Source of the DNA: Phoronis australis
Lineage: Eukaryota; Animalia; Phoronida
Assembly (NCBI GenBank): GCA_002633005.1
Contig: NMRA01000757.1
Span: 30,990 to 94,989 of the forward strand
Direction of reading: 5' to 3'
DNA: 64,000 nucleotides
Notes under the pieces: model-generated
Seen by the model: only the letters and a program-made list of their open reading frames with translations
Told to the model about the DNA's origin: nothing
Database searches by the model: none
Program-made: the position numbers and the translations under genes
In this document: piece after piece, positions 1 through 14,200 of the stretch
How the letters are laid out: every line of letters starts with the position of its first letter
Numbering within the stretch: position 1 is the first letter of the stretch

Positions 1-170
1 TCAGTCTATGGCTTCAAGAAACTAGATTTTTGCACAGGCGTCCTCAGCTTCTGATCGTCCCCAATACACTACATGATATAATACTATTACTAATAATAGT
101 ATTATATGTAGTGTATTGGGGACGATCAGAAGCTGAGGACGCCTGTGGATTTTTGCATTAGATAACTCAC

Positions 171-371
171 CTCTGGACTCCTTGCCGTAGGTGTGTCTGG
201 CAGTGATACACTTGCGACCATGACAGACTCTCTTCTCAAACAGAGACGGGCATTTCTTCCCGCCGTTACTAGAGGGCACGACGACGGTTCTTTTCCTTGT
301 CACTTGCCCACGACCGCACTCACGCGAACATCGACCCCACCGTTCCCACGAGGACACGCGACAGTCTACGG
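171..371 (-). CDS. SBSPON: SBSPON-like protein, coding exon 2 (TSP1 domain); gene continues left of the window
   Basis: TTTACAG acceptor, phase 1 matches exon 1; AVDCRVSSWERWGRCSRECGRGQVTRKRTVVVPSSNGGKKCPSLFEKRVC; donor AGAG|GTGAGT. Confidence 0.85.
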
Positions 372-430
372 CTGTAAAATTGAAGTAATTAGTGTTAGCT
401 ATGTTGTAGTGTTGTAGCATTAATAGGCTA

Positions 431-530
431 TGATATCCTTCGTATCAAGTCACTAGATATCGGAGATATCGTTGTACTCGTGATATCCTTCGTATCAAGT
501 CACTAGATATCGGAGATATCGTTGCACTCG
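431..530. repeat. 50-bp direct duplication
   Basis: TGATATCCTTCGTATCAAGTCACTAGATATCGGAGATATCGTTGYACTCG x2. Confidence 0.9.
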
Positions 531-3500
531 TCTGCACGCGTTGGCTACATTCTTACAGATGTCATTAGCTGGCGAGATGAATTTTGTTTATTGAAATTTT
601 AAACAAGCAAAAGTGACATAACAATCCCCATGTTTCCCGTAGGCTAAATATCCGGACTTCGAAATGGGCCGTCTTGAATATTGAAATGTGTTAATTGATA
701 TATTATTACATTTGTAGCGAGCGACTTTTGAACGACTTAGGGCATCCCTTTTCGACGAAAACAACCGAATAAATATTCATTTTCTTTAGTGTTTAGTAAC
801 AGCAAAGCTCAAGACTATTAATTCATGTATTTGTGTCTTTTCACATGTTCATCTACCTTTCTCTCATACTAGTATGGGTTATCGTTTCATTCGTGTTAGT
901 TAAAATGATAGCTCCATCGAATCACTCTTGTCGCCGCACGGCTCCACGAAGCGTTCGACGCAATTCAAAATCCAGCGCTGCGTGAAAGAGCATAATCTTC
1001 GTGCCAAACGGGCGTGATTGTTTAACGCATCTGTTTCGTACAAAGTGCAAATTTCTGACCATGTCATTCTCAATGGTGCCATTAACTTGCATGGAAGTTG
1101 GAACTATACGAAACCTGAAACAACACCCAAAACGCCAGTTGCCGAGCATTCCACTGCTTCCAGTTTCGATTTTAAACAATGTTTAAAATGTGTGTTTGCG
1201 TTGAGTGTAATCAAGAATATAGCGATTTCGTGAACATGTATAAAATGTTCAAGCAAAAGTGAGAAACCCACTGCATTCGCAATAATTGGAATCGTGAATA
1301 AGATGGTAAGGTGGTAAGAAACCTTTAAAATACACGGTAATTAAGTTGCGATTAATTCCGTTGTAGTTGCAAATGATTCATTCAGTGCTAATAGATTTTT
1401 CATTGTGAAGACCCAGTCCCACTGGTTACTAACCGGCTTACGCGAATATTGACTACCCTGTACGTAAAAGACCATGAATATTGGCTATCTAATGTCCAGA
1501 CCCTTGAACCTCAGGCTGAAGTAGCGGCCATTGCCTTTCAAGAGGTTTACAGGCTACGCGATCAAGTGTTCTCAATACGACATACCTACAAAAACATCGA
1601 CTTCGGAATTTTAAGCCCACTCTTCACCGTCATTGACAACTTACCAAAAGTTGATTCTACGTTGTATAACATTTCCTCATTACAAGCCATTATAATCCAA
1701 TATTAGGAGTTTAGAGCCGTGGTTTAGGGCCAACGTCTTATTATCCCAGTCGCGATTCAGCGACTGAATTTCCAAAGGGTAATAGCATGTGTATCAGCTT
1801 CTACTCATATTCCGCAATGCACTTCCGTAGACACTGGTGTGTTACAGGAGTCTTAGATTGCCATGGCTAGTTTGATGCTCTTTATTCAGTAAATGGAGAA
1901 AACTGGTTCTCAAAATGCAGGTTCTCTGTAAGTGACTATTACCCTTCCGTGCGTACAAGACTGGTATAGGTTTTCTGAAAGCATCTACTCCAACCTTTCG
2001 CATCTAAGCAGAACTTAACATTTCCTGAAACTGACCGAGGCCTGCCACTGGTAAAGCCTAATATCGGTAAGTCAGCTTGTCCGACGTTACCAGTGACCCC
2101 AATTTTAAGCACTAAATACTGTATAACACTCAAAGAGAAGCATAGACAGTACTTTTACTATATCTCGAAGCACGCGAATGAAGAAAGTTCTCGATATCGC
2201 ATGCAAAACACGCAAGAACCAAACTTCAAAAAATCCGAGCAATGACAACAGAAAACTTACACACGTTGCCCACTGGCAACTACAGCTTAGTTATTTGAAT
2301 GTTTCAGGCTGAAATGAAGCTAAGAGCATGCTAGCAGCAGATTTTTATCATACCACAACAAAAAAATACCCCCAGCAAGAAGAGAAAGTGGCTGAAGAGA
2401 AAGGGTGGACAGATGAGAAAAAAATGACATCCTCGTGCGCTGATATACACCACGTGACACAAGCAGCCAGCATCCTCACGTGCGCACCGAAAGCATGCTA
2501 CTTCGTTTTCTCTGCAAGCCTGTACTTACGTATTTGGAACACCTTTTTTATTTCGAACACCCCTATAAGCAATAACTTGAAGTCTCAACGAAAGAAATCG
2601 AAACCCTGTTGCCAACTATGGGATACCGTACACTGTATTGAGCAAGTGAGCAAAATGTACTGGTACTGGAAGCACATGCATGAAAATAAACAAGTCAATA
2701 TTTAAGCAAATACAACTCAGGTAACAGGCCCAATATCATTTTGTAAACAAAATTATTCGAAACAAATGGTCGGCGCGGTCGTTATCCTAAATTCTGGATT
2801 GACACGAGCACTCCACTCGAAATCGTACGGTGTCAAGAGGTTTTAAGTAAAGAAACGGTTCTTAACGAGATTGTTACTCGAGGCCATTCGAACGCGTCCA
2901 TCAACGGTTTTCTCCTACAGTGTCGTCTTCTATAACTATTATAAGGATAGATAATAATGTCATTACAAGAACATTTGCGTCTATTTACGAGTGCCCATGA
3001 TTACGATGTAGGCTGACAATGGGTGTGTATTCGGACTTCACTGTGTGTTATTGTCGTCTGCTCGTAGGAGGCGTGGTATCTCCGTGCAGCCAGCATGTTT
3101 GTTTGGGTGAGCGATGACGTATATGTATTATTGATACAGGTAATGATAACTTCGAACACATGTACTTTAAAACAAAGTTATGACAGCTTCTCCTGGATGA
3201 GGCAATGTACTGTGTAACTGGAAAACACCAGGGATACGACAATTAAACGGTTATAAAAACGAAAATAATAACTGGGGTTTTAAGTCGTGTTTTTATTAAA
3301 AACCCACATGTACTCTACAGAGGATCACTGTAACCATGAGGTAGTAGTTTTAATGCGAAACGAAACATTTTTAGTACAAGAGAAGATTAAACTTATTTTA
3401 AATTTTTATGGTCCAGGGAAGACGTGCCCTCTTTGAATTAAAAAAAAAACAGTCAGGAAAATAAATAATACAATATTCAATTGTTCTATTCCGTATTTGC

Positions 3501-6191
3501 CAACACGAGCTTGTGGTAGTTGTTATGTACATTTCAACGTAGGAGCCGCTGGTTGGACAAACTGAAGACAGATGGGTGAATGAATGTCTTCAAAGTAGGA
3601 GAAGATTACCCATTACAAGACCCTAGCGGCCGGATCGAGGGTGTCGTGAGGAGGGCCCAAACAATATTTTAAAGGGCTGCATAAGCCTTAAACCGACATG
3701 CTGGCGCCGTTTTTAGTAGTGTCCGTGATGAGGCCTACGCAAGGCGCTGGTCTATTATTACCAAAGATTTTATAGTTGATATAGTATCTTTGTCATTATT
3801 ATGCATCATCAGCTTTGTACAGTAACGAACGTCACTACACGTTGCCAATCGTGGACTTGTTCCAGACCTTGGTCTGTCGTTACTATCTATGACATGACAC
3901 TTCAGAACTATTATTTCCCGTCGACCGACGTTCTCAGTCAACACCTCCACGCGGCAGTGATGTTTGACAAATAAAACCACGAAAGCGACCTTCGTTCAAG
4001 TGAAACAAAAAATGACCTGTGTACCTAGCATGACGTCACAACCCAGCAAAACTCTCTTTAAATTGTCCCGGTGGTTTAAGATAAAGTGTTTCGTACGTAT
4101 AAACACGAGATTCTGAGAAAAACAAAAAATTCATACCGAAAATTTTAGGAACTCTTGCCCAATCGTTTACTGATAAACTAGTTTTACATATCGCCATGGT
4201 TATCTGACTATAAAACGAATCAAGCCCCTTACTCCACAAGCTGGTCTCTTAATATTCGTCATTACCACCATAGAATTCTTTTTCCTTACCAACGCGATTC
4301 CTAAGTAATGTGTACCTGCGCCATTTTCCAATTTAACGGTTGTTTCGATGTTCTTGTTGTTGGAAACGGAAATAGAATTCTGTCGCAGTAAGGGATATTC
4401 ATTATTGGGAGGCTGATTTTAGGAGACTAAACAGTTAAATTCTACTTTCGTTTTTTAGTCTGCCAATCAGGGCGAAATTCTGATTAATAAGAAGAAGCAA
4501 ATATCTGATATCGTGCGTCATGCGCGGCGCAAAAGGCCCAGTTACTCTTACCGGGTAAAACTCGGTTACTTTGAAGTTCACTAAATTATTGTTAAGCAAT
4601 TTTTGTTTACTGGCCAGATTTGTTCACGAATTAGTCGCCTTGGAAATTCTACAGACGTCTGGATTCTGTTGTGTCGGGCCAGATTGTCAACACTGCGTGT
4701 CCAGGTGCTTCTCGCCATTACATGAGAAGTATTTATCGGATGTTTTTAGAGCACAATCTGTCGCGAGTGGAGTGTCAACATTTTTATAGAAGCGACACTT
4801 TAATCATTGAAGAGAGCATAAGCCTGTTGACCAACGTGATATTTAGACCTGCCTAACATAATCCTGTCTGACTGGTGATCGAAGAAACTGTCCCAGCTTG
4901 ACACCAAGTAAATGGATCTAGATTTGGGTCTTTTTAAGTCTTCACTGACATAACCCGTGTCTGTCTGGTGGTCGAGGAAACCGTGCGTTCTTGACACTAT
5001 GTAAATGACCTTTAGATTTTGTTCGATGCTTCCACCAGGTGGTGCTCGCACACTCCATGAACGTCCGTACTGTATGGTATTAGTCCATGTTCTCTCGATC
5101 AGTAACTAAGCAGCATTTTGACATTCCAAATATGACGACATTGAAGACTACCGAGTCGGGGCATCGGTGGTGCCGATTCCTTTTAGTGAGGTCAGAATGG
5201 CAGTGATGATTTCCAAAACAAACAGTGGCACCTCAAATGCAATTGAGAGAACCGAATTTTCAATGAAATTAGAAGCGGAAGGGGTAACAAAAGAGCAATT
5301 CTTCTAGTCTATTAACGGAAATTTTAATCTCGCTGGAATTCTCTAGATTTTTTCGAATTTCTAAAATTTCATAAGGCATCCGAGCAGAGTAGTGGGGTTG
5401 CCCGGAATGATCCGTTTGTTCACTGATTGAATACAGTGAGGTCGCGTTTGCGAGGAGGATTATCGCTCTCCTGAGGTAATGAGCGACAAGCGACATACAT
5501 CAATATAAGCCGCTGGTTATTAAGTAAATTCTACAGTCAATTACACTGTTGATTACCTAGTGTTATATATAAAGTGCACGCTCTATATCTGATTAACCGT
5601 AATCTTTCACATACATCTCAGTCCAAACTAACGTACAACACTGACCAGAGAACAGGGGAAGGCCACAGACGACATTTTGACTAGAATCTGGAAGAAATAA
5701 CTTTTCTTTTGATTTGATTTGTGGCAATTTGTGAAAGCCAGCAAATATTCGTGTTTTAAACAGCAACGTCATTATTTCGTTAGCTTCACTTATTCTGTGT
5801 CGTTTTGAATTTAACATGTTAATTGAAAATCTAAGGTATTCATGTCTCGATCGGCTGTGTCTGTGCTGCGTCAGTTGTTAGAAAACGAATATCGCAAGTG
5901 GTTCATTCACCCAAACTATTTGCAAGTTCTTTTCATTCATTGGAAGTACTCAGTTTCAAAATTAGAGTTAATGTCCATTCAATAAATTACGCCACATGAG
6001 TTTAAGATAACAAAACAAAGCAAAATACAATACACTGGTAAAGGAAATTTGTGTGGCTGTTCAAATCTCTTGTTTGCATAGACCACAAACACAAGGCTGG
6101 AATAACAAATGAAGCCAGACCTCCAATGAGCGATGACGTAAGTACGTACCCATTGGCTAATTGCAGCTGGCTACCCAGAGGAACCACCTAC

Positions 6192-6417
6192 CTGTACAAC
6201 TTTCTTGATAGTCCGCGCAACAGTCCTTCATTTTGAGGCAGTTTTCGTCGCAAAAGCATCGGCCGGAGAAACTTTTCCCCGTCAACCTCGGTCCCGTAGA
6301 ATAGCAAGTGCTATTTCTGCCTGGACAGCACAACTTTTGACAGCCGACCGCCTCGGCTGGGCCGCTTTGACTTGCTATGGCTGCAAAGCATATACAGAGA
6401 GCTAATGTGGTCTTCAT
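6192..6417 (-). CDS. SBSPON: SBSPON-like protein, coding exon 1 (signal peptide + somatomedin-B domain)
   Basis: ATG 6417; MKTTLALCICFAAIASQSGPAEA signal-like; CQKLCCPGRNSTC...CFCDENCLKMKDCCADYQESC SMB pattern; donor ACAG|GTAGGT, 226 nt, phase 1. Confidence 0.85.
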
Positions 6418-6480
6418 AATTATATGTCTGTTCTGGTTCTGCTCACAGACTGCACAGGTTCCACGTACAATTGAACCTCC

Positions 6481-6488
6481 TTTATATA
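6481..6488 (-). promoter_or_regulatory. Putative TATA box of SBSPON-like gene
   Basis: TATATAAA on the minus strand about 65 nt upstream of the ATG. Confidence 0.5.
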
Positions 6489-7234
6489 TCGTACCAGATG
6501 AGGCAAGAGGTCAAATGTCAAGACCGCGTTCACCGCCCGCTTTGACGCTTATCACACAGCCTTCGGTTGAATCACGGATTATTTCTTTCTTGAAGGATTA
6601 ATGACGCTTCTGTCCTCTCAGCCAATCCTTTTGTTTAAAGACCAGTCGGGTGACGAACCGAACGGGGTGAGCGACGGCCTCTGTCTGGTACCTGATGCAG
6701 ACGATTAAATTCCTATTTAAGAATCGATTGCCAACCTGACGTTTGATTGGTCGAAAGTTCATTGGACAGTATGGATTTCACCTCGGGTACACGAGGTCTC
6801 AATATGACACGTCGGGAGATGGACTGAAGAAAAACTGCTGCGCTGATTCCTGCTCGGACTACGGTCCCTTTTTATCTATTGTGGACAACAAAAGGTGTGT
6901 AAAGTAAGCGGGAGAGCGTGGAAAAGAAATGAAAAATTCCTGTGCCAGTATTTTCACGGATATTGGCCGGGGACTGGGTACACTTTAGAGTTGTAATTGT
7001 GGACAACCTGAACGCAGGTGTGTAGGCGGGATTTTCATGTTTTTAGTATTTTGGTGAATGTCTGCAGCTTTGGATTCGGTGGCAAAATGGTATTTTAGAA
7101 CGACATGTTGGTTATTTTTAGATGAAATATCTATTAAACTGCGAACTGTTGCTGGAATGATGGCCGTTATTGGTTTGATTATTAGGTTTCGAAAATTTTC
7201 ATTTTGCACGATTTCGGTGACAGCAGGAAGAGGA

Positions 7235-7500
7235 GCGCCGTGTATTTCACTGTTTATATCGCTTCGTACGCATCCGTTTCACTCATTGCCTGATGATGAT
7301 GTGACATGCGGTCTCGAAATATTGCTAGTGTTTTAATTTGTTTGTTAAGTCTCTCGGTGTTTTGCTATACAGTTGCACCTCTGAAGAAAGGAGATTGTTT
7401 TGACACTATGAACGAGTTTGTATTACGCTGTCAAAGAAAAAGTCCAGTCGTGTTTTCAAAGAAGTTTGTGTTAACGAAGGGCTGCTACTGAACTATACAG
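7235..7500 (+). mobile_element. Dispersed repeat, Penelope-like terminal remnant with hammerhead-like core
   Basis: Homologous to 52924-53310; contains CTGATGAT...GGTCTCGAAATATT; sits between two copies of a ~65-bp segment (about 7150-7212 and 7529-7592). Confidence 0.6.
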
Positions 7501-9141
7501 ATAATTATTTACTAAACTCCTAAATGTCGCTGGAATGATGGCCGTTATTGGTTTAATTATTAGGTTCTGAAATGTTTCGTTTTGCACGATTTGAAACATT
7601 TGGGGAAAACTGCAACCCATGATTATTTCATAATGATGCTAAGCCGTGGAATTGGTCAAATAGTATTGAATTGAACTTTACGGTTAAACTGTGGCCGTAT
7701 CTTTTTGGTGAGTCTGCGGGCTTACTCTTACTGAGTCTCCGTGATTTTCTGCGACCAGGGCCCGGGACCTAATATTTGTACTTGAAACTTGCCTGGAAAA
7801 TTGACTAATTACATGGCACGCTTCGAGTGAACATAATTCTGAACTCGGATCGTGGCCGACCTATTTTAGTTCCAGTCAACTGTGTTACGCACCATTTCTC
7901 TCTGAAAAAATCCCTCCAAACTCTGACCTGCTCACACTTGACCGGTCACAATACCCCCTCATTATTTAGACCTCAGCCAAACTGAGAGTTTGAACTCTCC
8001 CTTAATTTCGGCGAATTACTGTACGTAATGAGGTTTTCGCCCTCGTGTGACTCAAGGTCTTCACTTCCACAGATTGGTGTTTACATCGGGTTTATTGATG
8101 TAACCAAACCGTAAAATGATTATCGAAGATAATGAGATCGTCTTTCATCTTGTTACGACCACATTTCCACCAGCAGTAAAACACTTGACCATACGCTTCC
8201 TCACAATGCACTAAGTCTGTTGTGATTAGGCGGTGACGTGGAGTCGAGCACGTCGGGTTAATTGGCTTCAATTAATTGTCTAACTTGCTCATCCGTATGG
8301 CACATTGGATAGGTGGCCGATCACATCTGGAAAGGCTGCTGAGAACATAGATAACGGTCACAACACCAGGGAGAGCTGTCGCGTAGGGGTCTGGCGCGCT
8401 TTGCTGACCTTATTAAGCTAAATCGAACGCGCTTACCACGAACAGATTGTCTTTAGTACTAACATTAAGGTTTCCATTTCACACAATCAAATATTAATTT
8501 GTTTTTCTGATGAAAATCGTGTCTTGAGCAATGTAGGAGTGACAACGTCAAATTATGTTTTCACGATTATCTTAGATTACAAATGGACTATTAGGCAATG
8601 TTTACTCGTTATGCAACCGCCAAAGAAAACTTACAACATATGCAAACAAAAGCTTGGTATATATCAACATGACAAGGGCGATTTATAACAACTTGCAACA
8701 TGCAACGGTATTTAGTTAAATGATTTCTGTATTTGTGGTTTCTTTGTTCATTGTAAAGTTCATGCCAGATGGTTTTATGACCCAGTATTTTCTCCGAAAT
8801 GACACGCTAGTCAGCGTGACGTAAACAGCACCGAAACTTGCGAAAAACGCCAAGCTTACCAGGTCTAATGTAAACTCCAACGAACATAGTGCACTCGATA
8901 ATTAGTTCATTTCGTTTTTATTGCGGTTGGCCATGTTATAAGGTTAATGACGATTAATGACGTCACTGTGAAATCATCGAAACAGGCGTTGAGACTAGAG
9001 CCGTGATAGTAGTCCGTTTCGCTCCACATCATTCAAGTTAAATGCGTGCGTTAAAAAATTATGTTTCAATCGTTTCCTTTCGGCAATTCAAAGACTTTAT
9101 TTCTAACCTTTAAAAAATAGTTGTTTTTTTGAATTATGACA

Positions 9142-9220
9142 GAGGGTGAGAGAGGGAGAGGGAGAGGGAGAGGGAGAGGGAGATGGAGAGGGAGAGGGAG
9201 AGGGAGAGGGAGGGAGGGAC
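9142..9220. repeat. (GAGAGG)n polypurine tract
   Basis: Direct reading. Confidence 0.9.
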
Positions 9221-10930
9221 GGACGCAGGTGGTGACTTGGGTTGTTTGATATGCTTTGATTTTACTTAAAATTTTGGCATGGGCGTGTGAATTTGCGTTT
9301 AATACTTGCGTCAATGCCGCTTAATCATGGTAAGCTTCATGCTCGAACTAGGCCTGCTAAACTAAACTAGTTTATTTTATCGAGTTTCATGTAACTGTAA
9401 GTTACATATTTGGGCCCGCACGTCAGTTACCTCGTGTTATAGACACTGGGTGACAGAGATCTCTCTTGGGCAAAAATGTGGGGGATCGAAAATTTTCAGT
9501 TGGTACCTCAGTTATGCGAGAAAAGCCCGGAGACAGGGAGCGGGACCCAATTGTACGACCGGTGGGAGCTTGTATAGGTTATGGTTACTGAAGGCAAGAC
9601 TGCTTAGGTTACCAAGGCTTGCTACACTTCTTTTGTTTAGCTGGCCCGATCGAGAAGCCTTAACGGTGATGTGATAAATTTTCTGCCGCCGGAAGTCATA
9701 AGATCGGCGTTGGAAGCTTTGTGTTAACGAGGCATTAAACGTGACTAAACGTCACTTCCCAATCCTTTACGGTTGAAATATGTGTACTCGTGCAGTACAT
9801 TTGTAAATACGCCGCACACATGTACACTAACAAATTGACCATTGTCAACAAATACAACATTGTTCCCTCGTTGGATCAAAACAAACGAGCGAGTTCATTT
9901 AACATGATCTCGGGCGGTTTGCAATCATAACTCATTATAGGCGCCTTTTCAAACACCATTAATTTCCGATTTATTTCCAAGTGCAAACGTAATAGAAAGC
10001 GTCAGTGTTATGCGAGAGACCACCTGTTACGGTATTTACGATTACGTGAGCACAAAAGTAAAGATGGTAAGCGATGACTGCATTTATCTACCAGTGTATT
10101 CAGCTTCTTTTGTTGTCACGTGACCGCTGGCAGCGTAGTATGAACAGAGGGAGTCACGACCCAGGATTTAGTAATACACTCCTTGTTGTGCCTGGAGCAT
10201 AGTTCAATGACGTGAGGGCGTGGATCCCGAAAGCATTTAAGATACGGAACTGCTGCGGGAAACGAAGAAGCAAGACACTCGCGAATATAGCTATTTACGT
10301 AACCAACAGCAGTTGCATCCAGATTGGTCTGTCTTTAAGTTATTCATGTCGAAATATGTTAAAATTACAAGATTTAATTTTCAAAACAAAAAGAACCGGG
10401 CAACATTAGAATTAGAATGTGGGGGAGTCTCAGTGCTGCCATACTCCTTTATTCAAAGAAACCGTATTATACTGACAAAAACCAATGCACTAAAGGTCTT
10501 CGGTGAGGGTCTTCTCACCTACTCTGATACGAATGTAAACTTGAAAAATAAAGACGTACGCCGGAAAAGGATTCATTTGCGGAAAACCTCCGTGAAACAG
10601 TCACACTTCCGCAGTTTTGTTTCAGTGAAACCATCCTTTTCTTTCTGTAAATTCATTAGTGATCACTTACAGCCCCAGATCGGAAAGGCCACCCTACGAA
10701 CTAAGTCACGAAATTGGAAACAGCACTTTTGTGAGGAATTTTGGAGCCAAAAATTCACCCATTTAATCTCCACGTCCCGCGTGCACCTTCAACAGGGGTA
10801 CTTTCATCCAGGAATGCGACATTTTGAATATTGCAAGCAGTTATAAGACACTAGAGCAGACAACAACGTTGACTGCAGCGTCATCTATGTGAAAGTTCCA
10901 CACCTGCCGTTTCACGCAGTCCTTATCATC

Positions 10931-10938
10931 TATATAAG
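10931..10938 (+). promoter_or_regulatory. Putative TATA box of PLA2-like gene
   Basis: TATATAAG about 40 nt upstream of ATG 10975 (a second in-frame ATG lies at 10999). Confidence 0.45.
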
Positions 10939-10974
10939 CAGGCATGCCGTCGTTGATACTACCTTGCACAACAT

Positions 10975-11229
10975 ATGGCCCTTGCACATTGCTATACAAT
11001 GCATCGTCTTTTACTTAGCATTTTCTTTTTCTTAAGTTATTTTATAACTTGCCGTTCTTCTAATGAGCTAAGCTTCAGAGTTACAATTCCTCAGCATAAT
11101 AAGAAGGAAATATGGATATACTCCAACGCCAACGATATTGTCACCGTCATTTTCAATGCCAATAGGAAAATGGTCGACTGCGACGTGGCAAAGAAAAACA
11201 GAGACGCCGTTAAAGACTTATTCTATCAT
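10975..11229 (+). CDS. PLA2-like exon 1 (signal peptide + N-terminal pro-region)
   Basis: MHRLLLSIFFFLSYFITCRS hydrophobic signal; donor CAT|GTGAGT, phase 0. Confidence 0.75.
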
Positions 11230-14200
11230 GTGAGTTTTTTTACGATCAGGTATATAGTTTAGTGAGGCAAAACGCGCTTGCGGTTTTGTTTTAAGACATT
11301 ATAGGCTAGAATTAATTTTCTGAAAGCAGCCTCAGCGGTGAATCGAACCCTTAACCCCTGCGGTCGCAACCTAATGCTCTGCTGGTGGAGTTTGACCTTA
11401 TTCGAAAAACAGCAGAATATTTTAAGAGTACTTTTAAACAGGTGAAGCCTCGGGCTTTGATTTTAAGGAACGCCTGCAGGACAAGGGCGAGAATTTATCG
11501 GAGATGAATACAACGAATTGTGTTGTTTTAAAGCTTTGGTTAGATTAATAACTTCAAGAAGTCTATCCCGTCCAGCAAATATCCCCAAAATGCGTTTTTC
11601 AGTCGTAAAGCTGATAATGTCTCTGGAATACACGATTGTAAAATAAACCGTGTGCTCATCGAGATACGGTTTGTATTTTACAAACTATGTGAAAAGGGCA
11701 TTTGGAACTTTGGATTAAGTTTTAAACTTGAAAGGAAGCGAATTAAGGGATAATGACTAAATGTCAACATAAATTTGTCTGTTTCATGTGGTAAATGCTG
11801 TTCAAATTTCGATTATCTCAGTGCCCTACGACGCTGAGCACAACTGCGCAACGAAGTCGTTTGCAACTTGAGAGCTGCCTTTCGCACTGTATAGCTGGCT
11901 AAAAACGAAAATCGAATTAGGCTTTACTCTCGTAAAACTAGTCTCATAGTATTCCTTACCGTGAAAGGATTCTATTAACATTAGCGGTTCAAGAAAATGC
12001 TTTAGAGTTTAAAATTACGAATTCAAAAAAGGCGCAAGCACAAATTGCCAAAAGTGGCTCGAGTTGATAACATTATGAGAAAATGACTCATATCTTGCTG
12101 AAAAATATGAAACCGATTTCATGACAGTAAAAGACCTAATTCGATTTTCGCTTGCTGAACACAGCGAAATGTTGCTAGAAGTGATTATGATCCACCTATA
12201 CTGCTATAAAATTGGTCTCAGCTTGTTCCTTACTCGAATGTGAAATTCTAGGGTTGCTAAGAACTGACAGTTCGTTATTCCGCGAGACCTTGCTCGCCGC
12301 ACTAAAAAGAGACACCGTGACAAGCCAATTTGTGGAGGCTGGTCTCAATCACGAGTGAACGGTCAGTTCTTTCGAAGCTACGCCGGAAATCACCTCAAAT
12401 TTGACTGAATAAAATTGTTTACCAATGCTTTCCATAACGTTAAATGTTTTAAAATTAACATTGTTTTTTGTGTAGTAAAATGAAAAACTAACTCTTTGCT
12501 ATGATGGTCAAGTAACCCAGTTTTGATAACTTTCTTCCTCAATAGATTGATTTTCATATAATCATTAAAATGAAGAATGAAGAAATTCTTTAAACCTTTA
12601 CCTGATGTTTTCTTGTGTTATACGGAAATTTAATCTTCCGTTATGGGGTAAACGTAACGATGCTTGAAGGTGTACAAATACTAATAACAAATATGTTGCC
12701 ACAAAACTGCTTTTTCCTTGCACGCACAAATCCAGGCCCTCGCAGGTAAAGTCGGAGACGAGAGAGTAGTTCAAGAAATGGACGTAACCAAGCTGGGAAG
12801 GCAGTGTAAAAAATTCCTCAGAGATATGGTAAATATTAACAGACCGTTGGCAACAGACGGTCTTTTGCTCGTAACATGCTTTTGTCAACGAATTTTATTT
12901 TGCAAAAATTGTTGATGTTTAACTTATTCCAAGAAAGAGCTCGTCTAAGGCCTACTAATTATTTACTACTTTCCGTTCGAATTTTTGGTCTCTTGTCTTG
13001 AGGTTGACTGACGTATATCACAAAACTAGCCAATTGTTCCGTGGGAAGGGCGATTGCATTGATACGCCAAAATATGTCCATTATTAAACGAAAAATTCCG
13101 ACCGGTGAAGTCGACAGCACCTGGCACCAATGGCTGCTGGTTTTGGTAAATACCAGGATAAATGGAACAGTAGATGCAAACATTGTAAATCGTCAGCTCT
13201 GAAACTTACTGTTAAATCATCTGTCCCAGTACTCAGCTTACGTTACGGTATACCTTGACAAAACACCTTTGAAAAATGAAACGTAGCAAGTGGCTGCTTC
13301 GTTTTCGCCAAACATGTCTAGCTACGCCCCTGATTATTAATTATTTATTGGCAAATTATGCAACAGGGATCAGTAGTTTCAGGTGTCCGTGCTTCAGTCA
13401 TGTGATAGCTGAGATGATCTTTTCGTCTAGACTAGCTAATGAAATCTTCTCCAGTTTGAGGTAATTCCACTCTGTTGTAGAAGAGAAAGAAGGTGGACGA
13501 TAGGTCGGGGGTTGTGAAAGACTTTCGGAAGTTCAGAGAAATGAAGGAAGGGGTTAGCGGTAAATTTTCTTCTTTGCGTTATCCTCTCTTTCCCAATTCC
13601 GTCGTGAGGTTTCTTACTTGCCCGAGTTTGACTCAAAATGTCAAGGTTTTGCCAAATAACTGAACCTTTCGCATCATGTTTAAAACGAGGTTTTACAAAC
13701 ACTGTTTTGCGAACACATTACTTGAGCATTATTTCATTCCGTGGCGGATCTAGGATACCATAAGGGGGGGGGGGCAACACTTAGTCTCGGGCAACCGCGC
13801 AAAGCACGACTGCATGCGCATGCGTGCACTACTAAGCCTGAAATGATGGAAGGAGGACCTCCTTACTGAAATGCAACCGCACAACCAAAAAAAAAAAACG
13901 GGGAGACGCTTCCTACACCTTGTTACCAGGGTTAATTAGTGAAATCAATATTTCCTCACGCTCTTGCGGNNNNNNNNNNNNNNNNNNNNNNNNNNNNNNN
14001 NNNNNNNNNNNNNNNNNNNNNNNNNNNNNNNNNNNNNNNNNNNNNNNNNNNNNNNNNNNNNNNNNNNNNNNNNNNNNNNNNNNNNNNNNNNNNNNNNNNN
14101 NNNNNNNNNNNNNNNNNNNNNNNNNNNNNNNNNNNNNNNNNNNNNNNNNNNNNNNNNNNNNNNNNNNNNNNNNNNNNNNNNNNNNNNNNNNNNNNNNNNN

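Noticed and set aside
9066-9314. Pro/Leu-repeat ORF
   Set aside because: Translation of the (GAGAGG)n tract.
10313-10846. 177-aa ORF upstream of the PLA2-like gene
   Set aside because: Non-ATG start, no recognisable domain, and it lies upstream of the putative TATA box.
11330-11385. tRNA gene
   Set aside because: Only a B-box-like fragment with no complete cloverleaf; kept as a tentative SINE relic.
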